From an uncultured virus (IMG/VR IMGVR_UViG_3300043436_000583) (taxonomy: Duplodnaviria; Heunggongvirae; Uroviricota; Caudoviricetes), in the IMG/VR virus record IMGVR_UViG_3300043436_000583, positions 1 to 64,000 of that record: DNA of 64,000 nucleotides; one strand, given 5' to 3'. Position numbers and translations under genes: made by a program. The notes beneath the pieces are model-generated. The model did not search any database. It worked only from the letters and a program-made list of their open reading frames with translations, and had not been told where the DNA came from. Of the stretch, positions 49,232 to 59,687 are shown piece by piece (the stretch's first letter is position 1; each line of letters opens with the position of its first letter).

Positions 49232-50193
49232 ATTGCAGCTATTTTTTTACCTTTCAATTTACCTTCTAAAATTAATAATTGGTCTTGGTTATCTTCATCT
49301 GCTAAGAACTTCACTAAATCATCTTCATCTTTAGCTATTTCAAACTCACCTTCATAAATCTTACCATTAGGTTTAGCTCTATATACTGAGTGAGCAACAG
49401 CTTGTTTAACCAAGTCTTTAATATGGAGTAAGTTTTCTTTCATATCTGCAAATCTGTTGAATACCTCAATTGGATTCAAACCTTGATATCTGCCATTCTT
49501 GAATTCAGTTTGTTTCAATAGGTTATCCACCTGATTGTAAACTGCTTCTTCTTTGGAATCATCTGACACTGGAAGACCAAGTAGACGAGCCACTTTCTTC
49601 TTCTTCTCAGGAGTCATACTATCAAACTTGACAATTGCTTTGTTGATAAGTTGTTTCTTCTTAAACATTACCTTGTTCTCAATATCATCATCAGCAACAT
49701 AGTACTGAACATCAGCAGGGAATTCACCTCTCTCCCAAGCTTGGTAGCTAGAAGCAATTGTTGGATGAACTCTTAACCATGAGAATGCTAATTCTTGTAA
49801 TGGTAATGTAAAGTCAAAATAGTTATCACCATCTAGTAACTTTACTGGTTGAACGTGCAAAGAATCATCAACAGAAGTTGATAAGCCATAGTTCCAGAAT
49901 TGAGAACGAGGACTTAAGTCAGCATTTAAAGCTGCTTGAAGTTTATCTCTTAACTCTGTTACTCTTTCAATCTCCATCTCCTTTTCTAAAGGATCTTGGA
50001 TTCTTTTGATGTAACTAGCGTTAGGATCTAAGCCTGTTCTATACTGACCATCTAATTCTTTGTAAGGATATTTAAAAACTCCTGTACCAGGAATTCTTGT
50101 GTATCCTCTTGCTGCAAGTCCACCTTGCATCGTTTGCAATTGCGAGTTGTTGTACTCTTTCTTAATAGTAGAGATTTTTCCTATCTTACCCAT
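49228..50193 (-). CDS. Conserved crAss-like capsid-module protein (gene immediately after MCP)
   Basis: Position after MCP; clean 321-aa ORF. Confidence 0.6.
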   Translation of the reverse strand: MGKIGKISTIKKEYNNSQLQTMQGGLAARGYTRIPGTGVFKYPYKELDGQYRTGLDPNASYIKRIQDPLEKEMEIERVTELRDKLQAALNADLSPRSQFWNYGLSTSVDDSLHVQPVKLLDGDNYFDFTLPLQELAFSWLRVHPTIASSYQAWERGEFPADVQYYVADDDIENKVMFKKKQLINKAIVKFDSMTPEKKKKVARLLGLPVSDDSKEEAVYNQVDNLLKQTEFKNGRYQGLNPIEVFNRFADMKENLLHIKDLVKQAVAHSVYRAKPNGKIYEGEFEIAKDEDDLVKFLADEDNQDQLLILEGKLKGKKIAAI

Positions 50194-50219
50194 AATGTAG
50201 TTGTTTTGTTTGGTTTATT

Positions 50220-50378
50220 TGCAGATGGTTCCCATCGAAGGGAACACTGTACAGCATTTACTTGTACATGTCCATCTGTGATTTAGAAGACTCCCCCACT
50301 GGGAGAGTGGGGGGAATGTCTTCTTAGTTTTTTGCGAAACACCATTGGTGTCAGTCTAAGGATACTATCCTTAAAGGG
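50220..50378. ncRNA. Candidate structured RNA element downstream of MCP
   Basis: Three-way junction plus three further hairpins in an approximately 190-nt intergenic region. Confidence 0.5.
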
Positions 50379-50385
50379 GCATTTA

Positions 50386-51939
50386 TTAGAATTGAGGAAT
50401 CTCTTCAATCAATACTGTACGAGATAAATCTTCGATAAATACATCACAACGATCTTTCATCCAAATCTCATATCCAGGGAATTTATTTGCAGAACTCATA
50501 CCTTGAGACTTAGCAAAGCCTAAGTGGTGACGAGTACCATCGATATAACCCCAAGTCATAGAAGGTGCACCCTTCATACGTACTTCACGAATATTATTGA
50601 TCATAGAACCATCAGACATTGGAGATACATCAAACACCATAAATACTGGAGTTGATTTCTTGTTTTGTCCAAATTCTAAATTTGTTTGAGGTAAGTCTAA
50701 TTCTTTCAAGTGAATTAATTCAACACGACCAGTCTCACGAGTTACCATTGCATCGAATGCAAAGTTGTAAGTGATATGTTGACCTTCACCTTGCATGTAT
50801 CTGTTACCAGAATCAGCCATGAAAGTAAGACCAGAATTCAAAGCATCTGTTTTTAAAGCTTGTTGGAATACATCAAAGCCAGCTTCATTAGTGTACATTT
50901 TAACACGTCTGTCTTTAACATCCACACGTCTGTAGAATAAGTCACCAAATACAGAACGAATTAAGTTCGCAGTGAACTCACCTCTGTTGTACTGCACTAA
51001 GTTACCATTGTTACGCATTCTGTGGTATACACCAGCAGATGTACGCTTTAAGTTTTGTTGAGAACCATTAGTTTTTACAGTTCCAGGACGAGCCCAGATC
51101 ATACGCTTAACTTTTAATTCTAACATAGACTTACGCATCCAGAACTCAATAAATGGTTCCCACTTAACATCATTACGAGTTAAAGGTAATTGGTTACGTC
51201 TTTGAGGAGCATATACTAAGATATCTAAAGGTTTGCCAGAAGCATCTCTCATCATCTTGTCATCAGCCCACTCAGTGATTTTGTGCTCATAACCATATGC
51301 AGAACCTAAAGATTCAAACATAGTGATTTGCTCACCTAAACGAGGAAGACCTAATAAGTCTTGGTCGAATTCACCAATCGCAGCATCAACTAACTCTAAT
51401 TCCACACCCACTTGCAAGAAGATAGGGCTTACGAAATCTACAGTTGGGTTGTCACTCACTAAAGTGAAAGTGTATAAGAAACCTACGTTCCAAGGAACTG
51501 GATCTTTTACTACGTAAAAACGAGGACCATATTGACGTGTACCTACAGAAATAATTGCGTTCTTAGAAAATTCATTAGTATCAAGAATTACTTGAAACTC
51601 TTGTCCATCAATACCAGGCTTGTTTAATTCCTGTGTAGAAGTTGGAACATCAATAAATTTTGGGAACTTGTAAGGTACTTGCACTTGCCATTTCCAAGCA
51701 TCACTATTATTATCGATATAGTAAGGAGTAGACTTGTTAATCATGTCTAAGAAGTCATTACTATAAAGAGAACTCTGAGTGTATAAGCTGATGATTTTCT
51801 TATCATAGTCAGCAGGCTCAGTTGAGTGAAAGCTCTCTAAATGGTTTGCGTCAGTCAATTTACCTACAGCACGCTTGTCCATAGAAGCTACTCTAGCATA
51901 GGTAAAACCAGTTAAACCTGGGATTGTTTGAATTGCCAT
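50386..51939 (-). CDS. mcp: Major capsid protein (crAss-like)
   Basis: 517 aa, downstream of portal and scaffold; biased codon use (CGT, AAC, TTC) typical of highly expressed genes; crAss-like gene order. Confidence 0.85.
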   Translation of the reverse strand: MAIQTIPGLTGFTYARVASMDKRAVGKLTDANHLESFHSTEPADYDKKIISLYTQSSLYSNDFLDMINKSTPYYIDNNSDAWKWQVQVPYKFPKFIDVPTSTQELNKPGIDGQEFQVILDTNEFSKNAIISVGTRQYGPRFYVVKDPVPWNVGFLYTFTLVSDNPTVDFVSPIFLQVGVELELVDAAIGEFDQDLLGLPRLGEQITMFESLGSAYGYEHKITEWADDKMMRDASGKPLDILVYAPQRRNQLPLTRNDVKWEPFIEFWMRKSMLELKVKRMIWARPGTVKTNGSQQNLKRTSAGVYHRMRNNGNLVQYNRGEFTANLIRSVFGDLFYRRVDVKDRRVKMYTNEAGFDVFQQALKTDALNSGLTFMADSGNRYMQGEGQHITYNFAFDAMVTRETGRVELIHLKELDLPQTNLEFGQNKKSTPVFMVFDVSPMSDGSMINNIREVRMKGAPSMTWGYIDGTRHHLGFAKSQGMSSANKFPGYEIWMKDRCDVFIEDLSRTVLIEEIPQF

Positions 51940-51975
51940 TTGTTATTCTTTTTTAATTTTTGTTATATAAATTGT

Positions 51976-53256
51976 TTATTTAAACCAAGAAGTGGATTGT
52001 GTAACTGGTTTAGATTTCACTGAACTCTTCTGGGCTTGTCTGGCAACTTCACCAAATAATTCATTAGACTTTTTGGTGATACCTGTCTTTTGAATAGTTG
52101 ATAATGTAGGATCTTTCTCCATTATCTTCATTAGCAACGCAAGCTTTACTTTTGTTGCATGATTCTCAGGACGTTTCAGCTCCAGAATTGTACGATCAAA
52201 ATCAGTGAGAGTCTCACCTGAATTTGTTTTGTACTTGTCTGTTACTAGGAAATCTTGTAGTTCACCAGCTAATTTAGTGTTAATTGGTATGCCATCAAAT
52301 TCTTTAGCTTTTATTTTCTCTTGTAAAACATTGTTTACATTTTGATAATATTGCTGTTTGATAGCTTGTTGTTGTTGTAATTGGGCCTCTCTTTCTTGCT
52401 CCATTTGTTGGAGCTTTTGGCCTTCTTTCTTTATTAGGACTTTATGGTGTTTCGTAGCAACACTTTCTAGGTCACCATAATTTTTTAATCTTTCAACTTC
52501 TGTTGTAACATCTTCAGGCTCAAATCCTTGATCAGTCAAAGCTTGTCTAATGACAGCTACTTGATTGTTCTCTTGAGTTAAGTCCATATCAGAGAAAGAT
52601 TTGATTTGGTTAAATGCACCAAAGTAATCTTCAGGTTTTACACCTTTTACATATATGGCATCAAATGCTTTTTGATAATCTTCTCCAAACTGACCAATGA
52701 AATTATCTACAATTTCAATAGCTCCTTTCTTCTTCTCTGCTTGGAACTTTTCCAAGAAAGCTTCAGGAGTATCTATTGTAGCGTCTTCTTCATCTTCTTC
52801 TTTTGAAAATACACCTAGTTTGAAAAGATCTCTTGACAATGCAGTGAATTGACTTGTAGGAGTTTCTTCACCTTCTTCATTATCAGCATCTTTACTATCT
52901 TCTTGATTATCAGCGTTTTGTACAGCTTTCTTAGCTGGTGCAGCTGCTGGTTCATCATTTGTTTCTTCCTCGCTTTCTTCATCATCCTCACCATATAAGA
53001 AACTTTGAATATCCTTTGTAGGATTTTCATCTTTCTTTTCAGGTTCTGGTTCTGAAGCAGCTGGTTGTTTAGAAGTAGTTTTCTTTGTTGGAGCAGGAGC
53101 AGGTTCATTCTTAATGTCCTGAATATCATCAGGGCTAGAAGTTGCACTTTCAGGGGACAATAAGTCATTTAATAACTCTTGACTACCCATTCCCATGTCC
53201 ATAGTATCTTGAATACTAAAGTTGCCCATTTGGGGCATATCTAGATTTTCAGCCAT
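51976..53256 (-). CDS. Probable capsid scaffolding protein
   Basis: Acidic, disordered N-terminal half plus coiled coil; immediately upstream of MCP. Confidence 0.65.
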   Translation of the reverse strand: MAENLDMPQMGNFSIQDTMDMGMGSQELLNDLLSPESATSSPDDIQDIKNEPAPAPTKKTTSKQPAASEPEPEKKDENPTKDIQSFLYGEDDEESEEETNDEPAAAPAKKAVQNADNQEDSKDADNEEGEETPTSQFTALSRDLFKLGVFSKEEDEEDATIDTPEAFLEKFQAEKKKGAIEIVDNFIGQFGEDYQKAFDAIYVKGVKPEDYFGAFNQIKSFSDMDLTQENNQVAVIRQALTDQGFEPEDVTTEVERLKNYGDLESVATKHHKVLIKKEGQKLQQMEQEREAQLQQQQAIKQQYYQNVNNVLQEKIKAKEFDGIPINTKLAGELQDFLVTDKYKTNSGETLTDFDRTILELKRPENHATKVKLALLMKIMEKDPTLSTIQKTGITKKSNELFGEVARQAQKSSVKSKPVTQSTSWFK

Positions 53257-53285
53257 ATGTAGTTGTATTTATTTGGTTTTCAATG

Positions 53286-53316
53286 TAAAAGTATATCAAG
53301 TTAAATTAACAGCAAA
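53286..53316 (-). promoter_or_regulatory. Bacteroidota-type promoter for the scaffold/MCP operon
   Basis: TTTG, 19 nt, TACTTTTA. Confidence 0.6.
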
Positions 53317-53374
53317 GAGACAAGGCTCTATATAGATCATTATTCAATATAATATAGCATTAATGTTTTTTACT

Positions 53375-53905
53375 CTAATCTAATTTGTTAGTAAAATTGT
53401 CATTTATAAGTCTAAAGCTTCTGATTGGAGCCAAGTCAGTAAGGGTAACTTGTTGAACCTCAACTCCCCACTTCCTAGCTTCCACCCTAACCTTCTTTGT
53501 CAAAGTGTTGTCAAGTTCTGAATCTGTACATTCATCCATTGTCATAGACATAATGACATTTTTGATGATGCTTTGAGACATATCTGACAGAGCATCCTGG
53601 GCATCAAATACCTCAAGAAGAAATATCTTGACATCAGCTATCTTATATTTAATGACTCCTTTCACTACAATGTTCTGCTTGTCTTTAGTATATAAAGATT
53701 GGGCATCTAAACTGAGAGTTGTGACAACCACATGTTGGTCAATCACTTCATCAAATAGAGGCATCTTGAAATGTATTCCAGGTTTGAGTACTCTTTTAAA
53801 GATACCAAACCTGAGTAATACTGCTTCTTCATAGTCTCTAATAATGATAGCTGGTGTGAGTTGTAACCACCAATTGGTGATTATCTCTATCAGTTTATCA
53901 AACAT
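53375..53905 (-). CDS. SPFH/band-7 (stomatin/prohibitin/HflK-like) protein
   Basis: YEEAVLLRFG..KRVLKPGIHFKMP, TKDKQNIVV, KWGVEVQQVTLTDL are canonical SPFH motifs. Confidence 0.9.
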   Translation of the reverse strand: MFDKLIEIITNWWLQLTPAIIIRDYEEAVLLRFGIFKRVLKPGIHFKMPLFDEVIDQHVVVTTLSLDAQSLYTKDKQNIVVKGVIKYKIADVKIFLLEVFDAQDALSDMSQSIIKNVIMSMTMDECTDSELDNTLTKKVRVEARKWGVEVQQVTLTDLAPIRSFRLINDNFTNKLD

Positions 53906-53907
53906 AT

Positions 53908-56490
53908 TTATTTAGTTTTCTTAGCTCTGCCCTTGGCATTCTCCTTGGCCACAGCTAAATCATTTGCTTGGTTTTCTCTAGCTATCTTTAACTTCTCTCT
54001 TTCTATTTCTAGTTTTTGAGAAGCTAATTGATTTTTACTTTGTACATCCATCATCTTAGCCTGATAGTCTCTTTCAGCTTTTGATTGAGCTAGGGCTAGT
54101 TTATCTATTTCTAAAACATCAGGGGTACCACTTGCGTCAATATCTGATAAAGGACCTGCTTTAGATTCAGCTGCAATAAGAGCAATCTCTTTCTTGTTGA
54201 TTCTATCAAGCTCTGCTTGGTAGTTTTCATTAGCTATTTTCTCTTCAGATTGTTGTTGAGCTAATTGAATTTGAGCTTGAGCTTGTTGTTGTTGTTGCTC
54301 AAGTTCTTGTTGTTTTTGTTGTAACTGAGCATTCTGTAAAGCTTCTTGTCTATCTTTCAACTTCTTAAAGACTTGCTTCATTTGTCTCATTGAGTTAGTA
54401 CTGTAAAGCTCAATCACATCATGTAAGCTACCACCATTTTGGATGACAGCTTGAGATAATCCTCTAATCTCACTAAACATTTGTCTGTCTTCTGGTCTAT
54501 TAGTTAAGAATACTTTAAGATCTCTGAAACGTAAATCTGTACCATTTACAGAAACAAACGCAGATTCTCCTTCATTAGTAATATAAGAAATAGTAGATTG
54601 TGGTTTAGCACTTTCTATATATAAAGCTGCGTCAATAATTGCTTGATACAATTGACCTAGTACATATTCATGAGCTACAAATAAAGGTTCTGTCTGAGCG
54701 TAAGATTGTGTAATAGCTGCATTAGTACCTGTAGCTGATTCACTAGCTTGTACAGATCCAAGTCTTTGTCTTGACATACCAATTAATTCCCAGCACTCAT
54801 TCTTTATTTGTTGTGCTAGAGTATATCTTGCTTGGATTTCCTGTGTACGTGTAAGGTCAAGACTTGTAAATTGGTTGAAGCTAGATGGACTCTTTAAGTT
54901 CTCAGGACTATCATCAACAAATACTACACCTCTATTACGTGCTTCCATTTCCCAGATATCTAATGCATCTTGAGCATCACCATCTTTAGGAATAGGAATA
55001 TGTCTTATAGACATTAACTGCACCTTACCTACTTCTTTCTCTAATAACTTATAAAGTTGATTCATACAAACATTATAAATTACTTGGAAAGGTTTCATCA
55101 TATCCACTAAGCTCTTAGCTTCTGTGTTCTTAACTTCAAATGTTTGTCCAATGATTGGGCAATAAGGTAATAACTTATAAGGTTTAATATGATAGATGTC
55201 TGGACCAATCTTAATACCTTGGTACCATTGGTTAATCCATCCCCACTCTAATGAAATTTGTGTAGGAATATTATTAGACTTATAGTCTTCATCAACTAAC
55301 ATAGACTGTTCGTTGCCCATCTCATCTGTATATATAACTTTACCAATCTTCTTTTTACTAATCCAATATGCTCTTACCACCACATACTTATAACCAAATG
55401 AGCTTACATTAGATGTAAGTCCTAAGAAGTCTTTAAGACCATCATTGTTTTCTTTCATCTCAGACTCAATGATCATTCTAGTTTGTAGAACAAGAGGATC
55501 GTATGTATCATATTGAATAGAGTCATTACCTGGAACAGCATTAGGATTACCTAAGTTAGATTCACGTACATTGATTAATCCATAGTCTTGTAATGAACTA
55601 CGTAAGTGATCAATCTCATCTTTAGTTAAGTCAGGAACTGATTCAATAATCTCAGATAGTTCTAATACCTGTACAGTACCAGCAGCATATGCTCCTTGAT
55701 TTCTACCTGTAGGATCTGAAATATATTTTCTATCAGGAGTAGTTAAGAACCAAGTATTTTTAGGGTTAGCTACCTCAATGTTAAAACCAGTTTTAGAATT
55801 GTCTTCGTATACATGGAAGAACTCTCTAGAAGAAATTAAAAGATCTCTAAATGCATCTTCAGATTTCTCCTTTAATACAAACTCAGCTTTCTCAGCAGTC
55901 AATACATGGTTTGCCCATTTCTCTGCTACAGATGTATAATTGTCAAGTTCATCTTTTACTTGTTGTAATGTTTTCTCTTGTAACTCTTCATCTGTAATCT
56001 CCACTCCATCAAATGAAGCTTTTTCTAATATCTTTCTTTGTGCTTGAGAAACAACATAGTCTTGTAATAGTTGAGTTTTAAACTCTAACTCTTCAGACTT
56101 ACTATCATCATCAAATGCTTTGACACGAAATGCATCAGGTCTTTTACTGATCTCTCCCACTAATTCATTAATAGGAGTGGTCATTATAGAATAATGTTTT
56201 ACATAAGCAGGAAGTTCAAGGTCTGCTGTAAGCACATCTGTAAAGCTTCTTACTTCTGGTTCTACAAAGAAATCTTCTCTTCTTAAAATACCCTTTACAA
56301 GATCATAGTTCTTTACAAATGTATCTCTAGCTTTAACATATTCAGCATATGCCTTATTGGCAAAGTAATCCATTGAATTCTTTATCCAGCTCTCATCCAT
56401 CTTTTCCTTCTCAGTTTTAAACTGATCAGGGAAGATATTTAGATAAGCATATCTTATAGTTGCGTCTTTCGTGTATCTTATAATTGCCAT
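53908..56490 (-). CDS. Portal protein
   Basis: 860 aa directly after TerL; SLVDMMKPFQVIYN, GMSRQRLG and Gln-rich C-terminal barrel; crAss-like order. Confidence 0.9.
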   Translation of the reverse strand: MAIIRYTKDATIRYAYLNIFPDQFKTEKEKMDESWIKNSMDYFANKAYAEYVKARDTFVKNYDLVKGILRREDFFVEPEVRSFTDVLTADLELPAYVKHYSIMTTPINELVGEISKRPDAFRVKAFDDDSKSEELEFKTQLLQDYVVSQAQRKILEKASFDGVEITDEELQEKTLQQVKDELDNYTSVAEKWANHVLTAEKAEFVLKEKSEDAFRDLLISSREFFHVYEDNSKTGFNIEVANPKNTWFLTTPDRKYISDPTGRNQGAYAAGTVQVLELSEIIESVPDLTKDEIDHLRSSLQDYGLINVRESNLGNPNAVPGNDSIQYDTYDPLVLQTRMIIESEMKENNDGLKDFLGLTSNVSSFGYKYVVVRAYWISKKKIGKVIYTDEMGNEQSMLVDEDYKSNNIPTQISLEWGWINQWYQGIKIGPDIYHIKPYKLLPYCPIIGQTFEVKNTEAKSLVDMMKPFQVIYNVCMNQLYKLLEKEVGKVQLMSIRHIPIPKDGDAQDALDIWEMEARNRGVVFVDDSPENLKSPSSFNQFTSLDLTRTQEIQARYTLAQQIKNECWELIGMSRQRLGSVQASESATGTNAAITQSYAQTEPLFVAHEYVLGQLYQAIIDAALYIESAKPQSTISYITNEGESAFVSVNGTDLRFRDLKVFLTNRPEDRQMFSEIRGLSQAVIQNGGSLHDVIELYSTNSMRQMKQVFKKLKDRQEALQNAQLQQKQQELEQQQQQAQAQIQLAQQQSEEKIANENYQAELDRINKKEIALIAAESKAGPLSDIDASGTPDVLEIDKLALAQSKAERDYQAKMMDVQSKNQLASQKLEIEREKLKIARENQANDLAVAKENAKGRAKKTK

Positions 56491-58529
56491 TATGAAAACA
56501 ATTTATTGCGTTTATATTTATTTTTTGTTTGTCCAAACATATTATTCCTAGAGTCAGTGAAGAGTATGTTTCCTTTCCTCTTCTTAAACATAGAAGCAAC
56601 TCTCTCATCTGATGTTCCACCTATCCTACCCATAATTGGGTCCATCTTTAAAGCTTGTGCTATGGCTAACTCTGCAGCTACAATTCTATCGAAGTTACCT
56701 GAATCATTGTATTGAATGATTTCTTCAAGTAATACAGGATCAAATATCTTACTTACACCTAGCACTTCTCTTATCACTTCACCTGCTTCATTTGTTTCTT
56801 TAAAGATTGCAGCTTCCATATACTTCTTTAAACAAGTGTGAAGGTAGTCAATTATCTTTGCAGCTGAACGATGTATACCAAAGTCTCTTTTTACAGTGGT
56901 GTTTGGTACAATCTCTTTTAACCATTCAGGTTGTTTTTCTAGATAATGAGCATCTCCTTTACTCTTCATATATTCAATAAAGGATATATCATCATTCTCA
57001 CAAAGAGCTCGTGCATTATAATACTTTATAAGAAGTCTAGCTTGTTCTTCCCAAGTTTCTTTCTTATCAGGTCTAGCACAATACGAAGCTACGAACATAT
57101 CTTGATATTTCTCACCACTAATTTCATGCATCCTTTTATATATGTATACAGATCCAAGTGAAGTTGAATATGCAGACTTACCTTGTCTATATGGATCGAC
57201 TCCTGCTACATACAATCCATAAGGTGGATTATCTATAGGGAATTCATATATAACTATAGGTGCTTCTTTTAGGTCTGAGTTCTTTAGAGGGAAGTTAGAG
57301 ATGGGTAGTTTATCTGTAAACTCATGAGCTATCTTCTCTCCATCATTAAACAATACAACAGGAGTTCCTGTTCTTTCTTGTTGTAACAATCTAGCTTTCT
57401 GTCTCTTAGCACTCTCAATATCAAATATATTTGTATCCTCATTCAAGAAGATATCATCCACTTCCTGAGGATAGTACATCTTTTCTTTTAGATAGGCTAT
57501 ACGATCACCAGCTTTCTTAAGTCTTTCTAAATCTCTATTAGTAATTTCTGTAGCCTTATTCTCATCACTTACAAGCATCTTAACGTTATGTAAGTCTGAT
57601 TTAGATGGCTCATTTAAATATGCTCCTAGTGTAGATTCATCTTTAGCCTCCATCCTATACTTATGTGAGATGAACAAACCATGTATACGTTTATCATCTT
57701 TAGCATTGTTATATGTAAGGAAGTTAAAGTTATCTACGTCAAACATCAAGCTTTTAGCATCCATGAATTTCTTCATGTCACCACCAGTCCCAGTAAGAAT
57801 GGGGCTACATCCCCAGCCATAGGGTGTAGTGAAACCAGGAATAGCTGCCTGTAAGCCTCGAAGGAAATTTCCTTTACCAATCTCATCTATAATTAATTTA
57901 CGTGGTTTTGTACCTGCAATAGCCTCTTCATTATTACCTTCATCAAGGTTACGTATTAGAATGGAAGAGAATGGGATACGTTCACCAGACTTGGTCTTTA
58001 TACCTAGAGTCACTTGGTTCTTCCAGTTATCCTCAATTCTCTGCCATCTCCAATACTCAGGAATGAAATTCAATCCTTTGTCAATCTTATCAGTAATCAG
58101 TTTAATATCTGGGGCATTTAAGCCTGCTATGATATTCTGACTGTTTTCATCAAAGGTTGCACCCCATGCAATATAGGATGCTTCAAGAACAGACTTGGCA
58201 AAACGTCTAATACCTAGAATGACTAAGCCCCTCTTTTCTTGTTGAGCTCTGTCAATTTCGTTCGTCACAAGCCATTCATTATCTCTCAATAGGGGATTAG
58301 CATATTTCTGTGCAATCCTCCCATAATCATCTATTATATCTACTTCTGTATGCCATATGTTAAGGTGCCAATATAAAAATGGGTTGATATATGTACCACC
58401 CATCATAGCTCCATTTAAACATAACTCTCTGTGAAAGTCAAAGAATGGCTTACACTCCTGAGAGTCTTTATCAGGAATACGCTTCTGATTTATAAACCAG
58501 TCTTTGTAGTCTATACTTTGTAGTTCCAT
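56490..58529 (-). CDS. terL: Terminase large subunit
   Basis: Walker-A-like RRFAKS, Walker B LIIDEIG, coupling motif TGT, RNase H-like VAGVDPY and FDRIVA. Confidence 0.93.
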   Translation of the reverse strand: MELQSIDYKDWFINQKRIPDKDSQECKPFFDFHRELCLNGAMMGGTYINPFLYWHLNIWHTEVDIIDDYGRIAQKYANPLLRDNEWLVTNEIDRAQQEKRGLVILGIRRFAKSVLEASYIAWGATFDENSQNIIAGLNAPDIKLITDKIDKGLNFIPEYWRWQRIEDNWKNQVTLGIKTKSGERIPFSSILIRNLDEGNNEEAIAGTKPRKLIIDEIGKGNFLRGLQAAIPGFTTPYGWGCSPILTGTGGDMKKFMDAKSLMFDVDNFNFLTYNNAKDDKRIHGLFISHKYRMEAKDESTLGAYLNEPSKSDLHNVKMLVSDENKATEITNRDLERLKKAGDRIAYLKEKMYYPQEVDDIFLNEDTNIFDIESAKRQKARLLQQERTGTPVVLFNDGEKIAHEFTDKLPISNFPLKNSDLKEAPIVIYEFPIDNPPYGLYVAGVDPYRQGKSAYSTSLGSVYIYKRMHEISGEKYQDMFVASYCARPDKKETWEEQARLLIKYYNARALCENDDISFIEYMKSKGDAHYLEKQPEWLKEIVPNTTVKRDFGIHRSAAKIIDYLHTCLKKYMEAAIFKETNEAGEVIREVLGVSKIFDPVLLEEIIQYNDSGNFDRIVAAELAIAQALKMDPIMGRIGGTSDERVASMFKKRKGNILFTDSRNNMFGQTKNKYKRNKLFS

Positions 58530-58861
58530 TATTTTCTATTTGCTAAGAACTCAGCAGCAGCTCCTGATAACTCACCTTTACCTCTCACTTCCACCTTTGC
58601 TTCTTCCATACTTCTTAGCTTGTCAACCACCTCTATTAATGCTAAATAGTTTTTCATTGTCTCTTGGACAAATTTACCTTGAGCTTCAATACTAGCAATT
58701 ACCATTGGTAACATGCCACCTTTAGCTGTAGGTTTCCACTCAATTCTATCCTTTAGTTCATGTAGTGGATTAGCATTTACATAAGCTTTCCATGAAACGA
58801 GTTGTGACTCAGCCCATTCAAGCTCTGTATTTACATATGTAGTTTTCTTAATAGTCGCCAT
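58529..58861 (-). CDS. Hypothetical protein (possible terminase-associated/small subunit)
   Basis: Stop overlaps the terL start; helical-looking. Confidence 0.5.
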   Translation of the reverse strand: MATIKKTTYVNTELEWAESQLVSWKAYVNANPLHELKDRIEWKPTAKGGMLPMVIASIEAQGKFVQETMKNYLALIEVVDKLRSMEEAKVEVRGKGELSGAAAEFLANRK

Positions 58862-59132
58862 CTTCTTCCTCCTCCTTGAGGATGTTATCGAGGTCCATGC
58901 CCTCTTTGATTATTTTTTCTAGTTCAGATTCATCTGTATGTGGAACATCCATTTCTATTTCAGACTTATATTTGCTAAGAGCAAATGCAAGTTCTTTATC
59001 TGTTAGTCCCCAAATATCACCATAATCTGCAAGAGCTGTAGCTAGGTGTCTTCCAATGTTATACGTTGGAAAGTCCTTATGTAGTTCTTGTAATATATCA
59101 ATCACTTCTGTATAGTGAGTCTTTTTACTCAT
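58848..59132 (-). CDS. Hypothetical protein
   Basis: Packed ORF in the operon. Confidence 0.6.
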   Translation of the reverse strand: MSKKTHYTEVIDILQELHKDFPTYNIGRHLATALADYGDIWGLTDKELAFALSKYKSEIEMDVPHTDESELEKIIKEGMDLDNILKEEEEDGDY

Positions 59133-59137
59133 TAGTC

Positions 59138-59392
59138 TTATATTAATTCATTTAAATCATCATCTGTTAACTTCTCAGTTCTGATCTCCACTTCTAGATC
59201 AACACCTTCAAAGTTCTTTCTTCCCTGATCTGTCATATATTCTCCAGTGAAGGCTATGCCCATTCTATCAAACTCTTTGCCAGGAACTCCCACTACATCA
59301 ATGTAATCTATACCCTTGTTATATAGGTCAACAAGTGTATCAATTAACTTGTCCAGTGGAATCTTCTCTATTTTTACTTCCCTCTTTGCCAT
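59138..59392 (-). CDS. Hypothetical acidic protein
   Basis: Packed ORF in the operon. Confidence 0.6.
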   Translation of the reverse strand: MAKREVKIEKIPLDKLIDTLVDLYNKGIDYIDVVGVPGKEFDRMGIAFTGEYMTDQGRKNFEGVDLEVEIRTEKLTDDDLNELI

Positions 59393-59687
59393 ATATTGTT
59401 TCTATTAATTGATTTTCATCATCCCTAGATTCTATTTCTGCAACCCATTTTTCTATGGGACAAGCACAAGACAAACACTTAGTTTTGGCTGAGAGAACAC
59501 ATCCACAATGTGTACAATGTTTATCAAACCTACGAGGTTTCTTAGGCTTGTTTTCAGAGCACCATTCACATGCATCACAGATAGCCATACGTTCTTGACT
59601 CACCTGTCTTATATGTTCCTTCATGTCGTCTGCTGGAAAGAGGTTATTCTTCCACCCCTCGTAAATCTGAGAGAAGTTGATCTTCAT
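59340..59687 (-). CDS. Cys-rich putative metal-binding protein
   Basis: R..ICDACEWC...CTHCGC...KTKC...CPIEKW. Confidence 0.7.
   Translation of the reverse strand: MKINFSQIYEGWKNNLFPADDMKEHIRQVSQERMAICDACEWCSENKPKKPRRFDKHCTHCGCVLSAKTKCLSCACPIEKWVAEIESRDDENQLIETIYGKEGSKNREDSTGQVN

Noticed and set aside
50220..50280. tRNA or hammerhead ribozyme call for the three-way junction
   Set aside because: No T-loop/CCA cloverleaf and no CUGAnGA/GAAA core on either strand
8181..58140. Many short plus-strand ORFs antisense to structural genes
   Set aside because: Fully nested opposite well-supported genes, with no recognisable motifs or leaders
50386..58529. Inteins or group I introns in TerL, portal or MCP
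   Set aside because: ORFs are continuous and of ordinary length, with no intein splice-junction or homing-endonuclease motifs seen
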